NCBI GenBank assembly: GCA_963727815.1
Contig: CAVSGV010000006.1
Span: forward strand, 336,851 to 400,850
Reading direction: 5' to 3'
DNA: 64,000 bases
Origin: an uncultured bacterium
GTDB taxonomy: Bacteria; Margulisbacteria; WOR-1; CAVSGV01
Shown here: in pieces, positions 43,095-52,010 of the stretch
How the letters are laid out: every line of letters begins with the position of its first letter
Position numbering within the stretch: the stretch's first letter is position 1
Notes under the pieces: generated by a model
What the model saw: only the letters and a program-made list of their open reading frames with translations
Told to the model about the DNA's origin: nothing
Database searches by the model: none
Program-made: the position numbers and the translations under genes

Positions 43095-43730
43095 ATGATC
43101 GCCGTTTCGATGCGCCGGGAATTGAAGCTTAAGAGGCAGGGCATCGGTCTCATTGCCGGCGTAGATGAGGTGGGAATAGGTCCCCTCGCAGGCCCCGTGG
43201 TGGCGGCGGCGGTCATAATGAAGGACGGCCGCAGGATAAAAGGCCTGGATGATTCAAAGAAACTTACCGCCGATAAAAGACAGGACATATACGGCGACAT
43301 TGTGGATTCCTCCATATCCATAGGCATCGGCATAGCGGACAGCTGCCTCATCGACAGGATCAACATACTTCAGGCATCTCTTCAGGCTATGTGCTGCGCC
43401 GTGGAATCACTGTCAGAGCGGCCCGACTACGTCCTGATTGACGGCATAAGGAAGATACCCGGCATAGACCTGCCTCAGGAAGCCATCAAACACGGAGACA
43501 GGATCTCCTATACCATTGCGGCCGCGTCGATCATTGCAAAGGTGGTCAGGGACACTCTGATGGACAATTACGACCTCATATATCCCCATTACGGATTTGC
43601 CGAACACAAGGGCTATGGCACGGAGGTCCACCTGAAGGCGCTGAAAAAATTCGGTCCTTCAGCAATACACCGGCACTCATATCAGCCGGTGTTCGACAGC
43701 CTCATAAGGAAAGGCATACTATTTGCTTGA
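43095..43730 (+). CDS. rnhB: Ribonuclease HII
   Basis: AGVDEVGIGPLAGPV, DDSKKL, IAAASIIAKV, HKGYGT. Confidence 0.96.
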   Translation: MIAVSMRRELKLKRQGIGLIAGVDEVGIGPLAGPVVAAAVIMKDGRRIKGLDDSKKLTADKRQDIYGDIVDSSISIGIGIADSCLIDRINILQASLQAMCCAVESLSERPDYVLIDGIRKIPGIDLPQEAIKHGDRISYTIAAASIIAKVVRDTLMDNYDLIYPHYGFAEHKGYGTEVHLKALKKFGPSAIHRHSYQPVFDSLIRKGILFA

Positions 43731-43756
43731 CACGGGCGAAGGTATACCGCTATAAT
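43727..43756 (+). promoter_or_regulatory. Consensus sigma70 promoter for the HU gene (TTGACA-18-TATAAT)
   Basis: Perfect hexamers at 43727-43732 and 43751-43756. Confidence 0.75.
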
Positions 43757-43820
43757 GCCCGTAGTTAGCGGATTTCCTCGTGACCAGATCAAATTCTCCT
43801 AGAGAGGGGAGGTGAGATAG

Positions 43821-44093
43821 ATGAATAAGCAAGAGCTGATATCTCAAGTATCCTCCAAGACAAAAATGTCAAAGACCCTATGCGGAAAGCTGATCGATGC
43901 GACATTTGACATTATGGGCGGCGCGCTTAGGAAAGGCGACAAGGTCCAAATGGTGAATTTCGGAAGCTGGAAGAAGCTTAGAAGGAAAGCAAGGCTGGGC
44001 AGGAACCCGAAGACGGGCAAACCCCTGAACATTCCGGCAAGGAACGTCGTGAAATTTTCTGCGGGGCAGGAGCTGCTGAGCTCGATAAATTGA
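43821..44093 (+). CDS. hup: HU family DNA-binding protein
   Basis: MNKQELI, NFGSW, GRNPKTG, IPARNVVKF. Confidence 0.93.
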   Translation: MNKQELISQVSSKTKMSKTLCGKLIDATFDIMGGALRKGDKVQMVNFGSWKKLRRKARLGRNPKTGKPLNIPARNVVKFSAGQELLSSIN

Positions 44094-44098
44094 TCCAA

Positions 44099-44142
44099 TA
44101 AACCCTCTATGTTCGCCAGGTAGGAGCATAGAGGGTTTTTTT
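44099..44142 (+). terminator. Rho-independent terminator after HU
   Basis: AAACCCTCTATG...CATAGAGGGTTT stem followed by a T-run. Confidence 0.85.
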
Positions 44143-44219
44143 GCGCAAAAGTGAAATTTTCCTCTCTACTTTCCGATAATCTTAAGTGACATTTACAGAT
44201 ATGGAAGGAAGGTAGAACT

Positions 44220-45848
44220 ATGGCAGAAAATACCGCGGCAGGACAAACTACTACCAAACCAGGTCTTTGGTCGCAAAGCATTACATTAAGCATTACATTC
44301 CTTCAAAAAGGGCTGGCAATAATTGATCCCAGGATCGCCGGGCATTTGAACAATCCTTACACTTCGCTTGATACTCTGATAACCGATTCCAACAAAATAA
44401 AAGAACCCGATTTCAGGCTCGAAACTGTTGATGCCCAAAGAAGCCGGCTTTACTTTAAGGGCATTGCCGGAAGGATACTCGACAGATTGAACCAGGTCCC
44501 GATGGGGATCGACATAAGAAATCTGAGCCGGTTAAGCGTTCCCGTTCTCGCGCATGTTTTCGTCGGCATCAAAACTGATATTACTTTATTAGGAAAAACT
44601 TCTGGAAAATCGACTTCGGAGGCCGAAGATCTTGCAGCATCTTTCATAAACCGGATGGATAAGAACAAATTATCACAGAACGGATACAAGAATACATATG
44701 TAGAGGCGCTCATCAACCTTACGTCAAAGAAGGCCGGAGAAAGCGACGTAGGCCTTATGGCCTACGAGTGCCTTGCTAAGAACGGGGCGTTCGCAAAAGC
44801 GCAAGGAGGCGGTGCATCAGTCAAGCAAACGGTCGAGAAGTTCAAGGAGATCGACAATTTCAATAAAGTCATGCAGAGTTATCCGAGCAACAAGGTCATA
44901 GACAAGATCATCGCAAATGACTCTTATTCCGACTTGCTTCCGCTTTCCATGGCCATACTGATCTTCCGGTCCATCCCGGTACAGAGCGACGGCACATATC
45001 TTGAAAACGACATCCAGCATGCGGTATCGATGTTAGTTCCCTTCCATCTCAATAACCACGGAACCGCAGTTACGACCCAGATGAAATATCAGGTATCATT
45101 CCTGGCATATTCAATAACCAATGCGGAGGTCGACAAATGTCAGAAGGCACTGAAGCAGAAGATCGATTCTATGACAATGGCCGAAAGAAACATCAACAGG
45201 CACAACGCTGAGTACAAAACGGTCCTCCTGGCTGAATTGCTGGACAGGGCACTTAGCAGTGTCAGGACAAAGTTAATTGCGCCTTACATTTCAAGCAAGA
45301 ATCCTGACGAAAAAATGGCGACCAGGGCATGGGAATCCATCGTTAACAGAGAGGACTTGGGTCCCGACCAGTTGGAGATATTGATCCTCTCGAAACTGAA
45401 TCCGGCGGTCGTCGGCAGGCTGCACGAGGCGCCGGCATTCTACGGAATATCCGCTTATGCGCTCGCAAACTATGTGAATGCTGCTGTACCGGGGACAGGC
45501 GGAGATTTCGATGCCGCTGCCATAGGCACTGCCCTTGACTGGATCATTCCATGGGTATCTGCGAACACGGTCAGGAAACCGATAATAAATCACAAGTTCC
45601 ACTTGTTCACTTATATTAAAGAGATGAAGACAGACCTTGTAGCCGCTCTTGAATCGGGATATGACGCCAGAGCTAAGGAACTTGAAGCTTTTATATCTGA
45701 GCTTGATAAGGTCGTTACATCGCTTGATCGCGACTTGCTCGAATACATGAAGAAAGAGAAGGATCAGGTTTCCCAGAGAGAAGCTGCCAGGCTCGCGGCA
45801 AAACGTGCAAATGCTGCGTCTCAGGGAAATACAACTAATAAGTCTTAG
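44220..45848 (+). CDS. Hypothetical 542-aa protein, no recognised motif
   Basis: Long intact ORF with purine-rich SD; lower GC than its neighbours. Confidence 0.8.
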   Translation: MAENTAAGQTTTKPGLWSQSITLSITFLQKGLAIIDPRIAGHLNNPYTSLDTLITDSNKIKEPDFRLETVDAQRSRLYFKGIAGRILDRLNQVPMGIDIRNLSRLSVPVLAHVFVGIKTDITLLGKTSGKSTSEAEDLAASFINRMDKNKLSQNGYKNTYVEALINLTSKKAGESDVGLMAYECLAKNGAFAKAQGGGASVKQTVEKFKEIDNFNKVMQSYPSNKVIDKIIANDSYSDLLPLSMAILIFRSIPVQSDGTYLENDIQHAVSMLVPFHLNNHGTAVTTQMKYQVSFLAYSITNAEVDKCQKALKQKIDSMTMAERNINRHNAEYKTVLLAELLDRALSSVRTKLIAPYISSKNPDEKMATRAWESIVNREDLGPDQLEILILSKLNPAVVGRLHEAPAFYGISAYALANYVNAAVPGTGGDFDAAAIGTALDWIIPWVSANTVRKPIINHKFHLFTYIKEMKTDLVAALESGYDARAKELEAFISELDKVVTSLDRDLLEYMKKEKDQVSQREAARLAAKRANAASQGNTTNKS

Positions 45849-45966
45849 CCCGCTTAATTGATGTAGCTTGTACCAACATCTGTAGCCTCCAACGACTACA
45901 CTCACTATTGATCCGCACTTAAATGTTCACCTGTTTCCCGGCGGGATAATTGCTGAATAGTCCGGC

Positions 45967-46332
45967 ATGGGAAAAGAAAGCGTAACCATAGGCAGGGAAG
46001 GCGAAGAGATCGCCATAAGACACCTAATCGAAAGAGGCTATCGAATAGTTGAGAGGAATTTCCACTCCCAGCAGGGCGAGATCGATATAGTCGCAAAGGA
46101 CGGAGAATTCCTGGTCTTTGTCGAGGTCAAACTTTATTCGATAAGCAGTTTCGGCACACCTCTCGGAGCCGTCCGAAGATCGAAAAAAGAAAGCATCATC
46201 CACGCTGCGCGGACATACCTGATGAAAAAGAATATCCGGGACATCAATTGCAGGTTCGACGTCCTCGCCATCTACAAGAGCTGGAAGGGCCTCGTGACCT
46301 TCGACCTGATAAAGGACGCATTCCAGTGCTGA
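45967..46332 (+). CDS. YraN family (UPF0102) endonuclease-like protein
   Basis: GREGEEIA, GEIDIVA, LVFVEVK, CRFDV. Confidence 0.92.
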   Translation: MGKESVTIGREGEEIAIRHLIERGYRIVERNFHSQQGEIDIVAKDGEFLVFVEVKLYSISSFGTPLGAVRRSKKESIIHAARTYLMKKNIRDINCRFDVLAIYKSWKGLVTFDLIKDAFQC

Positions 46333-47852
46333 TAAAGGTCATCAGCGCCGCGATATCAGGGCTCGACGGTTTCATCGTTGAGGTCGAGATCGATTCCATC
46401 CGCGGCTTGCCGGGGCAATCGATAGTCGGCCTTCCCGACGCGGCGGTGAAGGAAAGCCGGGACAGGGTCAAATTTGCTATCACCAATTCTGGTTTTGAAT
46501 TTCCGCCGGGTTACTTCACCATCAACCTTGCACCTGCCGACGTTCGCAAAGAAGGGCCTATCTACGACCTTCCGATCGCCGTGGGAATGCTGGCGTCTTC
46601 CGGCCAGATAAAGAGCGACAGGCTGAAAGAGACGATAATCCTCGGCGAGCTGTCGCTTGACGGCGGACTTCGCGCGGTGAACGGCGTTCTCTGCATGTGC
46701 ATGGCCGGCCAAACATCAGGGATAAAAAGGATCATCGTGCCGAAGGAGAACGCGGATGAAGCGGCGCTCGTGTCAGATATCGAAGTCATCGCCTGCCGAA
46801 GCCTGCTCGACGCCGTCGGATACCTGAACGGCGAACTTAATATCAAGCCGCATAAGATCGATATCAACGCGCTTTTTTCGTCCCAGCCGCCTTTCGACAT
46901 CGACTTCTCCGACGTGAAAGGGCAGGGGCACGCGAAGAGAGCGCTTGAAGTGGCGGCGGCCGGCGGTCACAACATCCTGATGGTCGGCTCTCCGGGAAGC
47001 GGGAAGACCATGCTGGCAAGGCGTTTGCCGACGATACTTCCGCCGCTTTCGATAAAGGAAGCGCTGGAAGTGACGAAACTCTACAGCGTTACCGGATTAT
47101 TGAGTTCAAAGGTATCACTGATCACATCGCGTCCATTCCGATCTCCTCACCACACAACGTCCGACATCGGAATAATCGGCGGAGGCAGGATCCCCCGTCC
47201 TGGGGAGGTTAGCCTGGCGCACCTCGGAATACTTTTCCTTGACGAATTCCCCGAATTCGAAAGGAAGGTGCTCGAGGTGCTCCGGCAGCCGCTCGAGGAC
47301 GGAATTGTTACCATCGCGCGTGCGATGAGCTGCGTCACATATCCCGCGGCATTCATGCTTGTTGCGGCGATGAATCCGTGTCCGTGCGGGAATTACATGG
47401 ACCCCGCGAAATCATGCACGTGTCCCTCACATAAAGTCCAGCGATACTGGGGAAAACTCTCAGGTCCTTTACTGGATAGGATCGATCTTCACGTGGAAGT
47501 GCCTCGATTGAAGAAAGAGGAACTATCAGGCCATGGAACCGGGGAAACTTCGGAGGCGATACGACAAAGGGTCTCGAAAGCGCGGGATATTCAGCTTGAT
47601 AGATTTAAAGGGTCGAACATTCACAGCAACTCAAGGATGCTGCCAAAGCACGTGAGAGAATTCTGCAAGCTTGATAAAGAAGCCGAGAGCCTCCTTAAAT
47701 CCGCCATTCTCCAATTGAAGATGAGCGGAAGAAGTTATGATCGAATTTTGAAGGTATCACGTACTATTGCTGACCTTGATAATTCTGAAGTCATCAAGGC
47801 GAATCACATCGCGGAAGCTATTCAATATAGGTCGTTGGACAGGGGGAAGTAA
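46326..47852 (+). CDS. comM: YifB/ComM Mg-chelatase-like AAA+ ATPase
   Basis: GTG start; VGLPDAAVKESRDRV, NLAPADVRKEG, GSPGSGKT, FLDEFPEF, AAMNPCPCG, LLDRID, EAIQYR. Confidence 0.94.
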   Translation: MLIKVISAAISGLDGFIVEVEIDSIRGLPGQSIVGLPDAAVKESRDRVKFAITNSGFEFPPGYFTINLAPADVRKEGPIYDLPIAVGMLASSGQIKSDRLKETIILGELSLDGGLRAVNGVLCMCMAGQTSGIKRIIVPKENADEAALVSDIEVIACRSLLDAVGYLNGELNIKPHKIDINALFSSQPPFDIDFSDVKGQGHAKRALEVAAAGGHNILMVGSPGSGKTMLARRLPTILPPLSIKEALEVTKLYSVTGLLSSKVSLITSRPFRSPHHTTSDIGIIGGGRIPRPGEVSLAHLGILFLDEFPEFERKVLEVLRQPLEDGIVTIARAMSCVTYPAAFMLVAAMNPCPCGNYMDPAKSCTCPSHKVQRYWGKLSGPLLDRIDLHVEVPRLKKEELSGHGTGETSEAIRQRVSKARDIQLDRFKGSNIHSNSRMLPKHVREFCKLDKEAESLLKSAILQLKMSGRSYDRILKVSRTIADLDNSEVIKANHIAEAIQYRSLDRGK

Positions 47853-47857
47853 TATCT

Positions 47858-48445
47858 ATGGGAATAACAAATAAGATGATTACCATTCAAAATAAAATAT
47901 TTGAGTTAAGAGGACAGAAGGTAATGCTCGATAAGGATATTGCGGAATTATACGGTATTTCAACAAAAGCGCTGAATCAGGCGGTTAGAAGGAATGTTGA
48001 GAGATTCCCTGCGGATTTTATGTTCCAGCTGGCCTATAACGAGATCATCGATATGACAGCGATGAAACAAAGGAAGGGTTCAAGGTCACAAAATGTGACC
48101 TTGAACAGAGGCAAGAATATCAAATATTTGCCTTATGCTTTTACCCGGAATGGCGTAAATATGCTGGCGACAGTGCTAAAGTCCAGGATCGCGGTGCAAA
48201 GATCGATATTCATAATGCGCGCTTTTTCGGTCCTGGAGGAAGCTGTCGGGTCAAGGGGAAAGCAGATATTAAGCAGTCCGCAGGTCATCAAACAGTTATC
48301 GCTGCACTCGAAGGCGATAATGAGACTTTTCAAGGAAACGGGAATAAACAGCAAGAACATATCCTTGCTGAAAAAGCTTCAGGAAGAGATGGGCAAATTG
48401 ATCCAAAAGATAATAATCTCTTCCATTGTGAACGAAGGGAAATAA
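47858..48445 (+). CDS. ORF6N-domain DNA-binding protein
   Basis: RGQKVMLDKDIAELYG, LNQAVRRNVERFPADFMFQL, RSQNVTL, LPYAFT. Confidence 0.9.
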   Translation: MGITNKMITIQNKIFELRGQKVMLDKDIAELYGISTKALNQAVRRNVERFPADFMFQLAYNEIIDMTAMKQRKGSRSQNVTLNRGKNIKYLPYAFTRNGVNMLATVLKSRIAVQRSIFIMRAFSVLEEAVGSRGKQILSSPQVIKQLSLHSKAIMRLFKETGINSKNISLLKKLQEEMGKLIQKIIISSIVNEGK

Positions 48446-48455
48446 AAAGGTATAA

Positions 48456-48587
48456 ATGTTTAAGGTCATTTGCCGGTTCCCGATCAATTCGATAACGGAA
48501 GTATATCTCAGCGAGCAGGAGCTGAATGTTTGGCTGACCAGGGCGTTCTTAAGAGCGAGGATAATCAGTTACGAGAGGATTTCGTAG
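48456..48587 (+). CDS. Possible 43-aa small protein
   Basis: AAAGG SD, then MFKVICRFPINSITEVYLSEQELNVWLTRAFLRARIISYERIS*; ends just before the heptamer tract. Confidence 0.45.
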   Translation: MFKVICRFPINSITEVYLSEQELNVWLTRAFLRARIISYERIS

Positions 48588-48590
48588 AAA

Positions 48591-48660
48591 AGTTGCTAGT
48601 TGTCAGTTGCCAATTTCCAGTTGCCAGGTGCCAGTTGCTAGGTCCCAGTAAAAATGCAGT
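48591..48660 (+). repeat. Heptamer tandem repeat, 8 x AGTTGCY-like, upstream of the four-helix-bundle gene
   Basis: agttgct agttgtc agttgcc aatttcc agttgcc aggtgcc agttgct aggtccc, then agtaaaaatgca. Confidence 0.9.
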
Positions 48661-48677
48661 AAAGGAGAATTGAATAT

Positions 48678-49046
48678 ATGGTAAAGATCAAGGATTACAG
48701 AGATCTGGTAGTTTGGCAGAGGGCGCACAAATTGGTTCTGGCGATATATAGGGTCACAAGACAATTTCCTGCAGAAGAGAAATATGGGCTTGTTCAGCAG
48801 ATAAGGCGGTCAGCGGCTTCGATTCCAACAAACATAGCTGAAGGCACTGAAAGATATTCCAGGAAAGAATATCTACAATTTCTTTATATTAGCAGAGGCT
48901 CATTATCAGAAACAGATTATCATGTACTGTTAAGCTATGACCTTGAGTACATTTCGAGCGAAACATATAATATTCTGAGCACAATGATAATTGAAATCGG
49001 AAAGATGCTAAATGGCCTGATAAATGCACTTAAGCCCAGTTGCTAG
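48678..49046 (+). CDS. Four-helix-bundle protein (23S rRNA IVP / Avd-fold family)
   Basis: YRDLVVWQRA, FPAEEKYGLVQQIRRSAASIPTNIAEG, FLYISRGSLSE; SD AAGGAG. Confidence 0.93.
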   Translation: MVKIKDYRDLVVWQRAHKLVLAIYRVTRQFPAEEKYGLVQQIRRSAASIPTNIAEGTERYSRKEYLQFLYISRGSLSETDYHVLLSYDLEYISSETYNILSTMIIEIGKMLNGLINALKPSC

Positions 49047-49149
49047 TTTCTAGTTGCCAGCTTCCAGTTGTTAGTGAAAAATGCAATAAGCCCCTTGTAT
49101 AATATCTTTCCTGTTTTCACTAGCAACTAGCACCTAGTACCTGGCAACT
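49038..49149. repeat. Heptamer inverted-repeat hairpin (5 forward + 4 reverse AGTTGCY units)
   Basis: agttgct agtttct agttgcc agcttcc agttgtt agtgaaaa ... ttttcact agcaact agcacct agtacct ggcaact. Confidence 0.9.
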
Positions 49150-49170
49150 TGTTTTTCTCTGCTTTCCCCC

Positions 49171-49198
49171 TTGCTCCCGTCACAGCCCGGCGTATAAT
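49171..49198 (+). promoter_or_regulatory. Module promoter A (TTGCTC-16-TATAAT)
   Basis: ttgctc ccgtcacagcccggcg tataat; homologous to the promoters at 49886 and 50662. Confidence 0.7.
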
Positions 49199-49217
49199 TC
49201 CCCCTAGAGGTGAGAGA

Positions 49218-49721
49218 ATGAAAAAAATATTATTCCTGTTATTTCTGAGCGCGATGCTAATTCTGCCGAGTTCATCAGCGACGGTGAACAGCAAGAACGG
49301 CCTGGAGGTGGCGAACCCGAACAGGCTGGGGATATACATCGAGGACCTGGACCAGCACGCGATCAGCATAGGATTATCAAAGGATGATATAACGGCAAGA
49401 GTTAAGGCTAAATTGAGCCAGAGCAACATCAAGGCGGAGACGAATTCGGCGAAGAAGGCGTACTTGTATGTGAACATCAACACTTTCGGGGCGCCCTTGA
49501 CCAGTTTCAACATTTACGTAAGTTTTGACAGGAACGTCCGGTTCGACGCGGGCGATGACACTTACACTTCTTACGGAGCGCACACATATTTCAAGGGTTT
49601 CACGGGGATAGCGGAATCAAATAAAGCCGCGGGTCTCATCCTGCAGGCGCTGGACGGGTTACTTGACCAGTTCATAAGCGATTACACTGATGCCAACATC
49701 GCGAGGATGAGAAAGTACTGA
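49218..49721 (+). CDS. Hypothetical exported protein
   Basis: SD GAGGTG; signal peptide MKKILFLLFLSAMLILPSSSA. Confidence 0.8.
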   Translation: MKKILFLLFLSAMLILPSSSATVNSKNGLEVANPNRLGIYIEDLDQHAISIGLSKDDITARVKAKLSQSNIKAETNSAKKAYLYVNINTFGAPLTSFNIYVSFDRNVRFDAGDDTYTSYGAHTYFKGFTGIAESNKAAGLILQALDGLLDQFISDYTDANIARMRKY

Positions 49722-49758
49722 TTATTATTTTGATGCTGACGGTCAGGGCGAAGCAGGA

Positions 49759-49913
49759 AGGGATTAGTGGCTAGTGGTTGGGGGTTAGTGAGTGGTCAGG
49801 CATCAAGGGATCAGTATTTTCTATTCACTTAATGCCCGAACACTCACAAACCACTATCCCCTGATCCCTGACCACTACTTATTGCTTGATACCGCAACCT
49901 GCGGGCGTATACT
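49759..49913 (+). repeat. 155-bp module copy 1: heptamer hairpin plus promoter B (TTGATA-16-TATACT)
   Basis: Aligns without gaps to 50535-50689 with about 22 mismatches by manual count. Confidence 0.92.
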
Positions 49914-49935
49914 AATTATGTAAGGCGGTGAAATA

Positions 49936-50043
49936 ATGGGTAAAGGCGATAACAGAGAGAAAAAAGACACAAAAAAAGCTCCAAAGAAAACTCTTAAAGA
50001 AAAGAGAGCTGACAAAAGGGCTAAAAAAGAGAGCAAACAATAG
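49936..50043 (+). CDS. 35-aa highly basic small protein
   Basis: MGKGDNREKKDTKKAPKKTLKEKRADKRAKKESKQ*, directly after promoter B and an SD-like GGCGGTG. Confidence 0.7.
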   Translation: MGKGDNREKKDTKKAPKKTLKEKRADKRAKKESKQ

Positions 50044-50071
50044 AATAGATCGGTTTGTTGAGGAGAAATAA

Positions 50072-50494
50072 ATGCTCGATTGGAAACTGTACGCCGTAGG
50101 CTCCGCATTATTCGCGGGGTTGACGGCGGTGCTTGCGAAGGTGGGGGTCAGGCATATCTCATCCAACATGGCCACGCTGGTGCGGACGTTCGTTATCATC
50201 ATATTCATCGGGGTGGTCGTGGGGATGAGGCGGGAGTGGAAGAGCCCGTTTTCGCTGGACAAGGTAAGTCTGACGTTCCTTGTGCTTTCCGCGATAACCA
50301 CGGGGCTTTCGTGGCTCTGCTATTTCCGCGCTCTGCAAGGAGGCCCCGCGTCTCTGGTGGCTCCCATCGATAAACTCAGTCTGGTCTTCGCGGTGGTTCT
50401 GTCGCTGATGTTCCTTGGCGAGCGGCTGGGCGCCTATCAATGGCTGGGTGTCTGCCTGATAACCTGCGGGACTTTGATCATTATTTTTAAGTAG
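50072..50494 (+). CDS. EamA/DMT family transporter (single domain)
   Basis: SALFAGLTAVLAKVG, TGLSWLCYFRALQ, VAPIDKLS; SD GAGGAG. Confidence 0.92.
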   Translation: MLDWKLYAVGSALFAGLTAVLAKVGVRHISSNMATLVRTFVIIIFIGVVVGMRREWKSPFSLDKVSLTFLVLSAITTGLSWLCYFRALQGGPASLVAPIDKLSLVFAVVLSLMFLGERLGAYQWLGVCLITCGTLIIIFK

Positions 50495-50534
50495 CTTGCC
50501 ATCCATCCCATTGCAATGTGCCTATCGAATAAAG

Positions 50535-50689
50535 AGGGGTTAGTGGCTAGGGGTTAGGGATTAGTGAGTGATCAGGGAATAAGTGATCAGTATCTTCTAA
50601 TCACTGAATGCCTAAATTCTCACTAACCACTATCCCCTGATCCCTGACCACTACTTCTTGCTTGCTACCGCAACACGCGGGCGTATAAT
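50535..50689 (+). repeat. 155-bp module copy 2: heptamer hairpin plus promoter C (TTGCTA-16-TATAAT)
   Basis: Direct repeat of 49759-49913, offset 776 bp. Confidence 0.92.
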
Positions 50690-50707
50690 CTTTCTCGAGG
50701 TGGCGAG

Positions 50708-50944
50708 ATGATGAAAAAAGCATTTAACAATCCATATGTTATTGCTATTATTTCCGGCTTAATTGTTATGGTTTTAACCATCACTATTCAAAGAATCTTT
50801 TTTCCACCTAAAGCAAGGATAACAACCGAAAGCAGAGTAACGATTAAAACTTCGAACAAGGCAATAACAATTGAAGGTAGCCCATCCAAGCCAGCAGATA
50901 TTGAATTACAAATGAAGTATCCGGATTATCTTAAAAGTAAATAA
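50708..50944 (+). CDS. Small membrane-anchored hypothetical protein (AT-rich)
   Basis: SD GAGGTG; one N-terminal TM helix. Confidence 0.65.
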   Translation: MMKKAFNNPYVIAIISGLIVMVLTITIQRIFFPPKARITTESRVTIKTSNKAITIEGSPSKPADIELQMKYPDYLKSK

Positions 50945-50956
50945 GGGGATAAGAGA

Positions 50957-51979
50957 ATGAATATTTTATTTTTATTATATATTCTATTAGCTTATTTATT
51001 ACTAGGCTTTCTTAGGTTTATTGCCGACTATAGAAAGCCTTTTTACAATCAGCCTGGATATATTAAAGGCATAATATATAAGGATTTATTCAATGCAATT
51101 ATAGGCCTGCCTATTTTTATTTATTTTTTAATTATTGATGCCATGAATATATTTGATGATTATGGCGTATATGCTCAATGGAAAAAAAGAAATAATCGAC
51201 GGGAATTAATGGCGACAGTTGACAATAAAACAAGTAAAGTTGCCCAATGGATAGAGATGCAATATCAAAAATATCTCGTAAAAAACCCTTCACTTATGCA
51301 GGCATTATCATTCGAAGAAATTCGAGTGATTACATACTTTATTACTTGGGCTAAAGTTAATAAATCTGGGGATCGAGTTCCCGAATTATTAGGTAAGCCT
51401 ATGCTGGAATGGATTGCGCCATATCAGAATGATGCTACGCTTTTTGAGTTGGGGTGTCATTTGTATTTTATTATTGATCTCTGGCATGTCAAACATGGCT
51501 ATAAGCCATTAAGGAGTTTTGTCGTACGATACCTTATCAGAGATTTTATAGAGATCTTCGAAGATTCATTGGGAATTCGCCATGCTGATGAGATATTCCT
51601 GAATAGATGGGCTTACTATTCAGGACTTATAAATAGAAATAACTTAACTGTTCCTACTGAAGAAATATTCTTTACGCTATCAAATCTAATCGGCAGCACA
51701 AGAAATAATACCCCGCCCAAAAAACATGACATTGGTCGTATGCCACTTAGTGGCGGGGATGCTATTGATCATGTTTTCAGAGAAAGAGACATTCTTGATT
51801 TTCTTATATCGGCAATTCCGATCAGCTTAAAATTCATCAAAAGATTCTATGAGGATTATCCAGACAGTAAGAGGAATAAATTATATGCTGCTGATGGCGT
51901 ATACCCATCAAAAGAATTTCTTATGGATGATTTGTATACTGATATCAGCACCTATAAACGAAAAAATCCAAATGAATAA
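50957..51979 (+). CDS. Hypothetical membrane-anchored protein (AT-rich)
   Basis: 340-aa ORF with two N-terminal hydrophobic segments; visibly much lower GC than core genes. Confidence 0.75.
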   Translation: MNILFLLYILLAYLLLGFLRFIADYRKPFYNQPGYIKGIIYKDLFNAIIGLPIFIYFLIIDAMNIFDDYGVYAQWKKRNNRRELMATVDNKTSKVAQWIEMQYQKYLVKNPSLMQALSFEEIRVITYFITWAKVNKSGDRVPELLGKPMLEWIAPYQNDATLFELGCHLYFIIDLWHVKHGYKPLRSFVVRYLIRDFIEIFEDSLGIRHADEIFLNRWAYYSGLINRNNLTVPTEEIFFTLSNLIGSTRNNTPPKKHDIGRMPLSGGDAIDHVFRERDILDFLISAIPISLKFIKRFYEDYPDSKRNKLYAADGVYPSKEFLMDDLYTDISTYKRKNPNE

Positions 51980-52010
51980 TTGGATAATAATATAGTGAGG
52001 AGGCTAAAAC

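Noticed and set aside
48470-48673. 67-aa ORF upstream of the four-helix-bundle gene
   Set aside because: It has a weak TTG start with no SD, and its C-terminal half is translated heptamer repeat.
48678-49046. Diversity-generating retroelement or 23S rRNA intervening sequence
   Set aside because: The window has no reverse transcriptase or rRNA, and mismatches between the 155-bp copies are not restricted to adenines.
48591-50689. CRISPR array or attC sites
   Set aside because: There are no constant repeats with unique spacers and no cas genes. The hairpins run GTTAG...CTAAC, the reverse of the attC RYYYAAC...GTTRRRY order.
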